Notes under the pieces: generated by a model | What the model was told of the DNA's origin: nothing | The model's input: the letters and a program-made list of their open reading frames with translations, nothing else | The model's database searches: none | Part shown: positions 27,694 to 40,992 of the stretch, one piece after another | How the letters are laid out: each line of letters opens with the position of its first letter | Position numbering within the stretch: the stretch's first letter is position 1 | Program-made: the position numbers and the translations under genes | NCBI RefSeq assembly: GCF_006345805.1 | Contig: NC_043002.1 | Span: 63,550,001 to 63,614,000, forward strand | DNA length: 64,000 nt | Origin: Octopus sinensis | Taxonomy: Eukaryota | Direction of reading: 5' to 3'

Positions 27694-27701
27694 TTATTAT
27701 T

Positions 27702-28033
27702 GAGTGAGAGAGCAGTTCATGCCATCAAAGTGACACTGGGGTAAAATATACGAAGCCCAATATACCCATCATGACTACCCGTCTGATAAAGGTACACCAG
27801 GCACATGCATCACAACCATATGTGCGCGACATGGTGATCTCATATCAAGATAAACAGCACATGACCTTGCAGGTTGAGCCCAGTTAGAATTTTCTTCAGG
27901 TTGAGTAGCCCATCCTGCTCAAAAGGTCCCTGAATAAGGGTTGCTTTAGGATGTTGAACGAAACACCTATGTTTCCAGAGGTGAATTATTCAAACCCCAA
28001 ATAATCCCTCTCAACACATGGCCATGATGCTCC
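27702..28033 (-). mobile_element. ~330 bp non-coding element inserted in (TAA)n
   Basis: high-complexity block bounded on both sides by (TTA)n; no coding similarity seen; strand inferred from neighbouring elements. Confidence 0.6.
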
Positions 28034-28641
<608 letters not shown>

Positions 28642-28759
28642 AATATTATTGTTATTATTATTATCATTATTATTATTATTATTATTATTATTAATATTAT
28701 TATTATTATTATTATTATTAGTAGTAGTAGTAGTAGTATAGTTATTATTATTATTATTA

Positions 28760-28791
<32 letters not shown>

Positions 28792-28894
28792 AATTATTAT
28801 AATTATTATTATTACTATTATTTTTATTATTATTATTATTTTTATCATTATCATTATTATTATTTATTATTATTATTATTTATTATTATTATTA

Positions 28895-28939
<45 letters not shown>

Positions 28940-28964
28940 CATTATCAGCAGCAGCAGCAGCAGC

Positions 28965-29700
28965 AGAGAACCTGGTGCAGTTATGTGTTTAGCTCAGATG
29001 TTAAATATTATGTGACGTGAGACCCTCAAATATGAAACGTCTGCTATTAGGTCCAAGTAACACTTACTGGATTAAGATATACAATATAGCAGATGACTCT
29101 GCCTTTTTATTGTCCAGACGATAGCTCTATTGCCTTTATATTCATATTGTGAGAGAACATTCAGGCTGGATAATCATCAGTATAAACGTAGTGTGGAGAT
29201 CGCATAAGCTGAACTTAGTTGCTCTAAAACTTATTGGTAAAAATCACAGAATGTCGAAACGACACACTGTCGGCTAACCTATCCAGCCGTTTCCAACCAC
29301 TACGTGAAAAATCCTACGTGATTTAGATATTATTTATGTTGAGTAGCTTCGAATGTTTTATGAGTAAGTCCCGTAAAATCCTGTAAATTGGCTTGTCTTC
29401 GTACCACTTCTGTCCTAGCTCGATTAATCACATTCGTCTAATATTTCAATACTCTATTTACCTACACATTTATGCCTACTCTTATACTCTTTCTGAACTC
29501 ATCAATTGGTTAATTATTTCGTCTCGTTTCCCACACATCGTGCGTTTCCCCTGTGACACAATTTTTTCTTGATATTTACTCTTAAGAACATCCTCGTAAT
29601 GGTTTGTTTCTGAGCGTCTGTAATTAGCGATTTGATTTCTTGTTTCAGGTTTCCCACGGTTGGTCACAATCAGCAATCTTCCAACATCTTGGGTTTCTTA
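28965..29700 (-). mobile_element. older R4/Dong-type LINE fragment 4 (CCHC knuckle region)
   Basis: frameshifted RGNLKQEIKSLITDAQKQTI..RTMCGKRDEIINQLMS..QKEYKSRHKCVGK..KWYEDKP. Confidence 0.8.
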
Positions 29701-29895
29701 AATGAATTAGCTATCAACAGCAGCAGCAGCATTAAGATCAGAAGCAACAACAGCAGGAATGGCACCAACACTAGCATCAGTACAATTATAATTATTATTA
29801 TTATTATTATTACAATTATAATAATAATAATAATTATTATTATTATAATTATTATTATTATTATATTATTATTATTATTATTGCTATTATTATTA

Positions 29896-29934
<39 letters not shown>

Positions 29935-30099
29935 TATTATTATTATCATTATTATTATTTTTTAAATTTATTTTTGATCTGCTGCAGACGTATAAATGAA
30001 CGACTTTTTTGCTGTAGTATATTCTTTCCTTTTGTTTGCTGTAGTATAAATTTTTGAGAGTAAATTCCTCTTCTTTTTTTTTATATTCAAAGAATATTA

Positions 30100-30400
30100 T
30101 TTTTAATAAATTTCCTATTATTGCTTATAGGATGTCTTCATTGATTAATATATAATTTCGTATATCTCTTAGCTTGAATTTTGTAGTCGAGTTGTATCTT
30201 ATATTTTTTCTTTCTGGAGATCATGCTTGTGTATGGTATATATGGCATGAATATTAGTTTTGCTAATATTATGTTGGCTTCAATTTATATTCTCTTTGTT
30301 TTATTTCAATATACGTTGACACTTTCGATAACAACACAATCTCTTCTAATAGAATATATTGCTTTTTCATTCCGAGTACATTTTCCTCCTATTGTATATC
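30100..30400 (-). pseudogene. possible decayed GIY-YIG (Penelope) fragment
   Basis: GKCTRNEKAIY..(frameshift)..TYIEIKQREYKL loosely matches C..VIY..YIG.T.REFK. Confidence 0.3.
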
Positions 30401-31471
30401 TGTATTATTTTCCACTCTTTTATATATATTATCATTCGTGGGATTTCATTAAATATTTTAAGATTTTTTTCCTCTGCTAATCTCTGTATGTTTGCTTCCT
30501 ACAATATTGAGTTTGCTTTAGATATTCGCATATCTCAACGAAAATTACATAATTAAGATTTAATATAAATCAACAGAGATATATTTAGTCATGAAGTAGA
30601 ACACGTAATCCAGTCATATCTACAATCACTTGCTTTATACAACGCATTAAAATGAGTGATACATTAAAATGAGTGGAAGAATCAGATTGTTGGAATACAT
30701 TCAATGTTTAGAGGCATCAACGATAAGCATAACTTAAAATATCAACCAAATATCTGAAGGAATTTAAGAATACGTGAATTAAATGCTGAAAATGATGTTA
30801 GAATATTACATTATCAAGAGAATGAAAAAAAAAAATAATGTTCCATTACAAACAAGTGGAAAAAGCGAAAAATTAATTAGCACGATACAAAATATAAAAA
30901 AACTGGAATCCATCCAAAAGATGCTGCAGTTTTGCTCTCTGTGGTTTGATGAACTTGGAAAAGTAATCCTGTGACATCAAGTTACGTGTTTCGAACTTAG
31001 TTTAGACGGCTAATTGCGTATAATTAGAGTTTGTTGGATCGAAACACCTCTTTAACTGTTTTTGGTAACTTGGAATTACGTAATAAGCGAAACGTTCATA
31101 GTTAGCAGATGGAATGCGCAAAAAGGCATGGCTAGGCAATCATTAAATGTTCATATAAAGATATTACCATATAACCGGTTTTCTTCATTAGGATTTGGCA
31201 AAACTGACCATTTAACTACTGCATACCCATGTCGTTTTTCACATGTTATCAGCAGATTATGAACATTACGATTATTACGTAACTCAGCTATCAGAAGCAG
31301 CTATCGAGTCAAAAATCTATGCATTATCTCCTTAATATTCTATATCTTTGATGTACTATGTAAATATACTGGTCTATATATGTATATATATATATATATT
31401 ATATATATATATATATATTATTGGTGAATTGAAGAAATGGAGCTGAACGCAGATTGAACAGAAATCGTTTT

Positions 31472-31563
31472 ATTTCATTCTACACGTGTTTCGAAAGGCA
31501 CAATTTACCAAAATCCGATTGAATATTGGGACCATATTGTGTCTTTCTCTTCAGGAAGAAAAT
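31472..31563 (-). ncRNA. type I hammerhead ribozyme, mirror copy
   Basis: reverse complement of 31680-31771, differing only in loop II. Confidence 0.85.
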
Positions 31564-31679
31564 AGGAAATCCGTTGGAAAAAACAAAAACATGGGTTTCG
31601 CCATGGGCTCTTAGGAGCCTAGTTCGATTTGTTTTTGCTCCGCCTCTGTTCTGTTTTTGTTTTTTCCAACGGATTTCCT

Positions 31680-31771
31680 ATTTTCTTCCTGAAGAGAAAG
31701 ACACAATATGGTCCCATTATTCAATCGGATTTTGGTAAATTGTGCCTTTCGAAACACGTGTAGAATGAAAT
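31680..31771 (+). ncRNA. type I hammerhead ribozyme (intact core)
   Basis: stem I attttcttc/gaatgaaat; CTGAAGA 31689; stem II GAAAGACACAAT/ATTGTGCCTTTC; GAAAC 31751; palindromic ACACGTGT stem III; GTA triplet, predicted cut after 31762; AATAAA at 31769. Confidence 0.85.
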
Positions 31772-31979
31772 AAAACGATTTCTGTTCAATCTGCGTTCAG
31801 CTCCATTTCTTCAATTCACCAATAATATTTTAATTTCAATTATCCGCACCAACGAACGGTTGCAACACCATATGGTTGTACCTCCAACCGTGCTGTTTAC
31901 TGCTGTGATTTTTGCTACTAAGGTATCGGTTAAACTTTTGATTAATCTACTACAAGATTATTCATCTTTCTATTTCACA

Positions 31980-32021
<42 letters not shown>

Positions 32022-32101
32022 TGTATATGTGTGCTCAAATTTTTATATATACTTAGTTGTATGTATCCATCTATATGTATATATATTGCGTGTATAAATA
32101 T

Positions 32102-32146
<45 letters not shown>

Positions 32147-32375
32147 TCCTTATGTTGTATCGAATACGTTTAGTGCTATATAAGCGCTGATATACGTGTT
32201 CAATTCCGACGTGATCTTCTCATCAGTTTTCAGTCATTTGTTTAGATATTTGTCGCTATAACCGGAGTATATTTATTATTATTTTATACTATCATATTTA
32301 CTATTGTATAAAAAACACTTTCGTGGTCACTTTTTCCCCGTAACCTATCACTCATTCGGGTTTCTTTATAAAAAT

Positions 32376-32406
<31 letters not shown>

Positions 32407-32411
<5 letters not shown>

Positions 32412-32740
32412 AGGAAACGGGGACATATTGATCAACAACATTGACTTACGATAATTATTCTTATTTAATTCAATACAATGCAGTCTATTTGTATTGGATC
32501 AAAAAATGATAACTGATGTAATTCAATTGTTGTTGATCGATACTTCTCCAATTTCTCTTTACATTAAATTTGATTCCTGATAAAGTCATGTTTATCTTTG
32601 TAGTTACCTGTAATCTATGAGCATAATATGCATGCACGTTTACGTCCAGGGTTAAGATATTTAATTGTACCAGTAGTATAACGTATAGTTTTATCCCTTA
32701 GACAGTTATTGCAACATTTAACTCTACTAACCTTAAATAT
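32407..32740 (+). mobile_element. fold-back element (arms ~32407-32479 and ~32490-32561) with right extension, in (TA)n
   Basis: taaagag..gatcaacaaca.ttga..caatacaa pairs with ttgtattg..tcaattgttgttgatc..ctcttta. Confidence 0.7.
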
Positions 32741-32755
32741 ATATATATATATATA

Positions 32756-32870
32756 GTGAGAATTTACAAAAACTAAAAGACGAAGACGGGTGTGTAAACA
32801 ACAAAAAGATGTACTAGTTTAACACTCGGAAAGTGAGAAAGTATTTTCAGTTTCGAGCCTACGCAGAGAG
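32756..32870 (-). mobile_element. partial short hammerhead-type element (related to 40993-41195; a further piece at 48065-48140)
   Basis: minus strand gcgtaggctcGAAACtgaaaatactttctcactttccgagtgttaaac...gtcttcgtctttt. Confidence 0.55.
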
Positions 32871-33579
32871 GACAAGAAATGTTTATGCAGATGTTAAGAC
32901 AGGTACGCAATTGAATATCTTAGATTATATTTATCTGTATGTCTATGTTTGTGAACTTATGTACGCATATCTGCATACGGCCATACAGCTGCCAGGATGA
33001 CTTAGACTTATTTACGACCTCTCAACGTATGTTATCCATCTGTGCACTCCTCATTGCTGCTAAGTTTTTATTACTTTGATAACGAATATTAAAATATTTT
33101 AGAACTTTTTGCATTACATACTATATAGGTATTCGCGTAAATAAGACGCTATACATATATTAGCAGTAACGCATTAATACGATTAGCTTTTATTATATAT
33201 AACGATTGTTATTATTTATGGTACCAAAATTTCCTCAGTGATTTATGAAGTTGTAGATGTTGAGCTGTTGAACAATTTCATAAAAGAAAAACAATTATTA
33301 GTTTAACGGCAATGAGATCGTAACTCTTATTTGATGATATTTTCTTTATGTTGAATTCTCTTTTGATCCAATTATTTTCAGTATTTTGATGTATAGCATG
33401 GAATGTAATATTGATATATGAGTATTTATCAAATATATGGAAAATGTAATTTGTCAAACATTTATTAAGTTCGAGTTTCAGTAAATGTCTCTATAAAATG
33501 CATGCATGGTTATAAGCGTCATTAAATTTATTTGTTCAATTGGAAATCTATTTCAACACGTTTCCAGTAATAATCCTGT

Positions 33580-33770
33580 TTCTGAAGGCACAAAACCTGA
33601 AATTATGGGGGAAAGTAAGTCGATCACATTGACTCCAGTACTTAATTCATCGAAACCCGAAAATATGAAAGGGGAATCGACCTCGGTAGAATTTGAACTC
33701 AGAACTTTAAGAAGGATGAAATGCAGCTAAGCATCTTGCCTGATGTGCTGCCAGTTCTACCTGCTCATCA
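33580..33770 (-). mobile_element. SINE family A, diverged
   Basis: tcgacctcggtagaatttgaactcagaac. Confidence 0.75.
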
Positions 33771-34084
33771 CATTAAAGGAACCCTAGTTATAATGCCATA
33801 TTCTTTTCATGGGTGATTTGTTACTTCATCGTAGACTTGAACGATGTATACAGCAGTGTGCGCTCGCACGCACGTGTGTGTGATTATGCCTAAGTGTTTC
33901 TGTGTAATTATGTGTGTGGTGGTGGTGTGTGCGCGCGTGTATGGATACTTGAATACGCTTCTGGGTTTCTGTATAGAAGGAAGCCACACTTACTGCGGTT
34001 AAGAAAAAGCAAGCTGTTATAATGACAATCACGCTCTTTGTGCGAATGAAGATATAATCTAGCGTTCTCTGTGAAAGTAATAAC

Positions 34085-34520
34085 TAAAAAGATTTATGAA
34101 TACATTCATGCATACATTTATCTTGGTAAGTATCTACACATATGGAAAACATATGCAAGATTACAAAAGATAACGTGATATCATAAATATTTCAAAATGA
34201 AACTAACATCTCTAAAGACTTATGAAATTTACCATATAAAGCAAGGCCATCTCTTATGCGATTAAAACTAAAGTCAAATTGTAGGAAAACACACAAGCAG
34301 TTAATGAATGTATGGAAAGGTAAAATATAGGAACACGTTCTCAGTTAGAGCCACTAAAATACGTAGAAAACTTGAGAAATTATTTAGGTAATATGCAGCA
34401 AAGGTAGAGTACGAGTTGTTGAAGCAAAATCAGATTTAGACAATTGACAACAAAAAGTTACGAAAAGTCTTTGTTTAGAAACATCTCAGAAACTTGAAGG
34501 CGCCAAGGGGAATATTCTTT
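34085..34520 (+). pseudogene. highly decayed RTE-type LINE RT C-terminal remnant
   Basis: IYEYIHAYIYLGKYL (YxYLG motif) followed by ECMER*NIG (cf. AMERKMLG). Confidence 0.4.
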
Positions 34521-37108
34521 ACAAGAGCTTTTCTTCACAAAACTGATACATTACTTCAAAGTTTCCCAAGAAATAATGCTCAGTACTTTAGAATATGTTA
34601 AAATATTTATGGATTGAATCAGTGCTTAACTCTTGTTCTCGCAACTGCTATATCTACAGATATATTTTTCATTTTGTATTCTGTCTGCTGCTTTTATTCT
34701 TTTGTATTCATCATAAACCAATTTGTTCTTAAGTTTTATCTATTAATCTTCTTGTAGGTCTTTGTATAAAGTCATCCGTTCTGTTTCTTTGTTCTAATAA
34801 TCTCGTATTTCTTTTTCTTTCATCCTAAACTCTTTGATATTTTCTTTTTGTTCTTGTCTCTGTGTAGAATTATTAGTATTTTACTTTATATAATGTCTGC
34901 AGGCATTTCTGTTTGTTTTACAATTTCAGTTTGGACTTTACTTTCCACTTTCTGGCATGCACATACACTGATTCTCTTTCTTTTTAACATCTCGCTTTAG
35001 CAACTTGCCTATCTCTCTTTCTGTCTTGCCTATCTCTCTTTCACATAACCAGACTGGAAATAGAAATGTACTATTTCAGTACACGGTGATATTGTCCACT
35101 TAATTTCAACTATCAATTTTTATGTGAAAGAACGATAAAGATACAATGTCAACGATATTTTAAGGTGATATATCTGCTTTTGAAGTAAAGCACATTTTGT
35201 ATAGAATCTTGCCGTCTGAATGTCCTCAACAGTTTGAGGATATATTCTAAGACAATGGCTTTTTTCAACTTATATTCTTTTTTCCCCATGTTACCTATAA
35301 AGACTCGTTTGAATTTAGTTATTCATACTTTCTAAACATGCTGTAGATTACATTTGAAATTTCTCGAGATTCCTGTTCATCTTAGTCTCTGTAACCGACA
35401 GCATGTTAATACAGTTTACCTTTCCTTATATGCATTTATTGTTTTTGCTTTTCTACATTTTACATGTAGTTTTCAGCCAATTACTATTATTTTGCTTTAT
35501 CTTGCGTACTTAAGATGTTGCAGGAATTTGGTTTGATTTCAAAATATTCGTGATATCACATCATTTGGAAGCTCGCTTATGATATGATTTAAATGCTTCT
35601 TATTGCAATGGCATGCAATCTATCCTGACAAAAGTGACAAAAAGGGTGAAAAACAAAGTGTCTCAGATCGTTATCATTTGGTAACCTGTACACTGAAACT
35701 AAAGTTAAATTCGTTACTTTGAGGAATGTGTATTCGTTTTTGGTTTAGAATTTCCTAGGTATTCTGTTATTCCGGTGAATTCTAAAATTCAATATTTCCT
35801 TTCACGTTTTCATTTTATCAGAAAACAAAGATACTTCAAATGATCCAACAAGAATAGGTGCAATTTTGTATGCTCAGATAACAAATAGAATAACAAAGCC
35901 ATTCATCTATGCAATATTTTCAAATAAATGTTAGTTTCATAGAATGTCTGCTAACAAAAATCACCGAAAATTGTGATTACACAACAATAAATTCCCTCAG
36001 GTGATTTCATACCATGATTTGACATGACACACCATCTTACGTAGAACCTCCTTAGAAAAGCAGCATGACCAAGTATATTAATTTGATAATCATCAAACTT
36101 TGAAACAATATGGTTTACTATACAACAAACGCCTCCCGATAAACTATAACTAACAATCAGAATAATGAAATTCGGTCGTCAATAAACATTGCAACAAATT
36201 TATTCTAAGCATATCGCCTTTTATAACAAAAACCGTCTATGCATTTCGTCACCCTCTCCTTCATATATGAGCAACGCTAATGGCTTGATTTCGTTTCCGA
36301 TTTATCCATTTGTCCTGATAAAGAGGTCCTAAAGCCGAAGTATCGAAAGGGGGCTATTGTTCTCTCTTACTTTTGTATTTCATTTCGCTCTGTTTCGGGC
36401 TTAGCCAGACCTAATCTAATACTATGAAACATTTTTATCAGTTGGTAGATACCAACACTGGTCAGCAAACAATTCACTTTTTGAAGTTACAAACTAAGCT
36501 AGTATTTGTTTACCTTCAAGTGTCCAGGTAATTCTGTCTGACGAAACACATGTGAAAACACAGCCGTCTCAAAATCGCTTACGTCAATGCGTCGAATCTT
36601 TTAAAAAGGAAAATTATTCTCCCGAGATATGCACAACAAGGCCTAACGCATTTACGTTCGAATTAGTCAGAAGGCATCATGAATAGATATGGAAACCATA
36701 ATTGTTTCCATTTATAAGGAATGAGGCTGATAACTCTAGCGAGTACAAAAAAATAATAGAAACTCACGTCATTAATCGTCGTGAAGTTATACAATTACAG
36801 AAAATTATCACTGTGGTAGTTAATTAGGAGGAAAGTTGAAGTAGGGCAAATATAAAATTGAATTTAAGGTTATGAAACAAAATTACGTATTATTCTTCTT
36901 CTTCGACTTGCAGTATTTTGCCCGTCGCTACGTTCTCAGTTCAAATTCCGCTAACGTCGACTTTGGCTTTCATCCTTTCGAAGACGATAAATTAAGTACC
37001 AGTTTCTAATCGACTGCCCCTTCCCCAAAAATTTCAGTACTTCTGCCTATATACATTATTTACCTTATCTACATTTGAACGGTATTTGTCTTCATCTTGT
37101 TTGTTGTC

Positions 37109-37154
37109 AACACAACGTTTCGGCTGATATACCCTCTAGCCTTCATCAGGTGTC
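37109..37154 (-). ncRNA. minimal type I hammerhead ribozyme (intact)
   Basis: GACAC-CTGATGA-A-GGCT..AGCC-GAAAC-GTT-GTGTT; stem I GACAC/GTGTT; ACGT palindrome. Confidence 0.85.
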
Positions 37155-37331
37155 TGGGGGAAATGTCGAACCTGGGTTCTCATTCCTAAGGTATTTTTCG
37201 ATGTTGTTATAATCAATATTATTATTATAAGTATTATTATTATTGTTGTTATTGTTGTTGTTGTTGTTGTTGTCGTTGTTGTTATTATTATCATTATTAT
37301 CATTATTATTATTATTGTTATTATTATTATA

Positions 37332-37406
37332 CAGGTCAATGCTTGGAATCGGACTCGGAATCTTGGGGTTAGTAGCCCGCCATCTTAGCCAATATGCCAT
37401 ATGCCC
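37332..37406 (-). promoter_or_regulatory. tRNA-derived Pol III (A/B box) head
   Basis: GGGCATATGGCATATTGG...GAGTCCGATTCC; the paralog at ~4030-4080 has GAGTTCAG. Confidence 0.7.
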
Positions 37407-37450
37407 GAAAAATACTTTAAGAATGAGAACCTAGGATAGAAATTTTCCGA

Positions 37451-37496
37451 AGCAGCTGATGAAGGCTGGCGAGTATATCAGCCGAAACGTTGTGTT
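37451..37496 (+). ncRNA. minimal type I hammerhead ribozyme (stem I slightly degenerate)
   Basis: CTGATGA 37456, GGCTG/CAGCC stem II, GAAAC 37484, GTT 37489-37491. Confidence 0.8.
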
Positions 37497-38006
37497 AACA
37501 ACAAACAAGATGAGGACAAATATCCGTCAAATGTAAATAATGTATATAATTCTTCATCTCTTAAATATAGAACTGTATCTTCTGTCTATAGTTGAAAGGA
37601 TTATTCTTCCTCTTCATCTTCAACATTAACAGCCTGGTTAGCATCAGAAATGCTCCAAATGAGAAGCATGATGCAAATAATCAATTCCTAACTAAACAAC
37701 TTATGTCTGTGATGCAGCTTTAATAAATATACTCAAGCTACTAACCAGTAATTGTAATAGCAAATTCATTCACACCATGAGCACAAAGCAAAACAGAAAA
37801 AGGAACGTATAGAATGCTCTTATACTAAATCCCTTAAATATAGCAGCATCATATTGTGAAACATAATATAACTTGTGTAACTAAATATGTAACCAATATT
37901 TTATTGTAAAATGCAAATATTATTGCACATATCAAATGTACAACGTTATGAATCACGTTTGTGTGAATAAACAGGATGAATGGAAATCAATATATAAGCA
38001 CGCGTG

Positions 38007-38052
<46 letters not shown>

Positions 38053-38127
38053 ATTGATGACGACCACTTTAATGTGCCTGTCTTCTAAGAAACGACGATA
38101 TGCACTTTAAACCCAGGAGGTCATATA

Positions 38128-38228
<101 letters not shown>

Positions 38229-38232
38229 ATAT

Positions 38233-38295
<63 letters not shown>

Positions 38296-39594
38296 CTACC
38301 TATCTACCTAGGAATATAGTTCTAAAACATTTAAAGTTATAGACTACATTAGGTTGTATCTTGGAGCAGCAATGCACAACACAGAACTGACAGATATATT
38401 TAAGATATTACAATTATTTTTCTTTTTCTGGTGATGACAAACTCCATCTCCTGTAGGAAACACGTATCATCAGTAGTAATCTCAAGATCACAGTTATGGT
38501 GTTGTTGGTCTAGAAAGTGGATAAAATACAACTGAAGGTATGCACACACATACACATTCACGCGTATGTGTATATATATATATATATATATATAAGTGTA
38601 AATGAATTCTTGAAGATGTTGGTCAGAAATCTTGCAGCAAGGAACCTGAAAAGTCCAATTACCTATGTTTGTGGTGTGTAGTTTCATATGTATTAATCCT
38701 GTGCCGGCAGCAAAATCAAACGACAATCTGAGTGAACGAAACAAACAATAAAAACTACTCCAATATCAACGCAGACTTTTGAGAAGCGATTTAGACGAAT
38801 TCGTACCGCATACCGTTATAGTGTCTTCTTGTTCTATCCGGGAGTGTATAACAGTAAGTATGATCGTTATATGATTAGAACACCAACCATAAAGAGCTGC
38901 AAACAAATATCTGAAAACTATATTACCCGCTGCTCTAGAGATTCGGCAAGTATTAATAATTATTAATGATATTCACTGTTGTTATTGCTACGTTTATGTC
39001 TTACAGAATTTATTATTGCGATAATTATTAATCGTTTTTACTAATATCAATCTTGTAATTCGATCCAACAATTGTATAACATATCACGTTTAGTTATTTA
39101 ATAAATCGTGGTGAATTTATTCAATAGAAGCTTTGACATCATATAAATCAGACGTGCTTCATATTCTCCGTTGATATGATTTGATGGGAACGATTAACCT
39201 TCTTCTCGTTTTTCTTCAATTGGCAATACACACAATATACCGTTTCAGTACGCCATACACACAAAAGACAATCACATAGATTGACTAGATGAGTCGTTGC
39301 AGCCTTTTCGAGGTGTTAATAATGAGAAAAACGACGTGCAAACACGGCTTCGAGTAGTCGAAATAATTTTGATGAAGCAATTCATTTGGAATATAATATA
39401 GACTACAGATGATCATCGGAAATGGCGAATATTGTTTACGACAATTTCTGCCGCCCTAAATTTTCTTCACAATTTACACAAATTACACAAAACAGCAAAC
39501 TCTAAATGGCAGTAAGGTTTCATTTACGTTTTACTTTTTATGGATGCATATTTGAAAATGATGTTACTTAAACTTGTGTTATATATTGTTTTAT

Positions 39595-39925
39595 TTCTTT
39601 TATTTGTTTCAGTCATTTGACTGCGGCTATGCTGCAGCAGAGCCTATTTAGTCGAACAATCGATCCCAGGACTTATCAGTCTATTTTGTTGTACCGCTAA
39701 GTTACGGGGACGTAAACAGACGAACATCCGGTGTCAAGCGATGGTGACACACACACAAACACGTCCCACCCCCACATATATATGCAGGACAGACTTTTTT
39801 CAGTTTCCGTGAACCAATTCCTCTCAAAAGGCTTTGTTCGACCCGAGGCAATAGCAGAAGATACTTCCTCATGGTACCGCACAGTGGGACTGAACCCAGA
39901 ACTATGTGGTTAGTAAACAAGCTAT
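39595..39925 (-). mobile_element. SINE family B
   Basis: ttgtttcagtcatttgactgcggc...gtgggactgaaccc. Confidence 0.88.
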
Positions 39926-40004
39926 AAAGATGTTGATGACATGTATTAGAAGTTAACATAAATCATTACCTATAACTCCAAACAGGCCAATAATACTTCT
40001 TTTT

Positions 40005-40205
40005 TACTTTAGGCGCAGGGCCCAAAATTTGTGGGGAGTGGCCCAGTCGATTAGATCGATCGCAGTTTGCAACTGGTACTTAATTCATAGACACAGAAAG
40101 GATGAAAGGCAAATTCAACCTCGGCGGAATTTAAACTCAGAGTTTACAGACAGATGGGAAATCACTAAGCATTTCGCCCGGCGTGCTAATAGTTCCGCCA
40201 CCTCA
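40005..40205 (-). mobile_element. SINE family A
   Basis: actggtacttaatt...aaaggatgaaaggcaaa..cctcggcggaatttaaactcag. Confidence 0.85.
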
Positions 40206-40517
40206 CTGCGTTGACTGAGTCAAATTTGGGAATTGTCTAATGAAAACGATAAAGTATAGCGATCATCGATTGCGTGTTTCAAAGAAAATATTTCATTACC
40301 CCCGAAATTTATGTTAGCATACAAAGGAATTATTGGTGCAGGTTACGATAAACACTTGGGAAGGTATCATAGATATATTTTTATTTCAAAATCATATGCA
40401 GAAGCAGGCATCCACACACACACACACACACACACACATACGCGCGCGCGCACAGACATCTACATATATGTCGTAAATGAAAGATGGAAGATGAAAGGTA
40501 CAAGAATTTTTATTAAT

Positions 40518-40621
40518 AATGATATGTGCTTCGACACATCTAGCAGCGATCCCTCAAGGCGGGGATACTTAATGACTGGTTTATGATCATCCGACTGTGC
40601 AGATGTGTCTATTCGGGTAAT
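40518..40621 (-). ncRNA. degenerate hammerhead-like motif with long stem II
   Basis: CCGAATA-GACACATCT...AGATGTGTC-GAAGC-ACATATC; 9-bp perfect stem II, core mutated. Confidence 0.45.
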
Positions 40622-40779
40622 AAATAGGTATAAATCGCTAAAATATCAGTTTCTCAATGTATCTTTTCATTTCATGCAAAAAGAAAGAGCAAGCAAAGGA
40701 TATATCTTCATTTATATGCAATAATAAAAAATAAAAAATAACAGTTGCAGAAAAGAAACGAACACGCAATACAGTAAGA

Positions 40780-40833
40780 AGTAAATTTGCTTGAAATTTT
40801 AAGGTGCTTCCATTTTCTTGTCCAACCCCTGTA
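40780..40833 (-). mobile_element. solitary Tc1-like terminal inverted repeat
   Basis: minus strand TA-CAGGGGTTGGACAAGAAAATGGAAGCACC. Confidence 0.5.
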
Positions 40834-40868
40834 TACCTGTATACATATAGATACATACACACACACAC

Positions 40869-40984
<116 letters not shown>

Positions 40985-40992
40985 TATATATG

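Larger units (their letters stand above)
31415..31985 (+). mobile_element. very young head-to-head inverted pLTR element in (TA)n
   Basis: 177-bp arms 31415-31591 and 31652-31828 with one visible mismatch, 60-bp spacer, ~155 bp right extension. Confidence 0.95.
37052..37578. mobile_element. palindromic element: hammerhead arm(-), (TAA/CAA)n, tRNA-derived head(-), hammerhead arm(+); 12-bp TSD
   Basis: arms 37052-37200 and 37406-37548; TSD cttctg(c/t)ctata at 37040-37051 and 37579-37590. Confidence 0.88.
36910..37606 (+). mobile_element. SINE family A interrupted by the 37052-37578 insertion
   Basis: core at 36930-37005; SINE 3' end resumes as gttgaaaggattatt after 37590. Confidence 0.8.

Noticed and set aside
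36534-36563. ctgt-CTGACGA..GAAA..acag hammerhead-like string
   Set aside because: No proper stem II and no NUH cleavage triplet; probably a chance match.
38775-38860. Peptide KRFRRIRTAY followed by a gtaagt donor-like site, resembling a homeodomain N-terminal arm
   Set aside because: The downstream sequence does not continue as helix 1 (no T..QL.ELE), there is no good splice acceptor, and the frame closes quickly.
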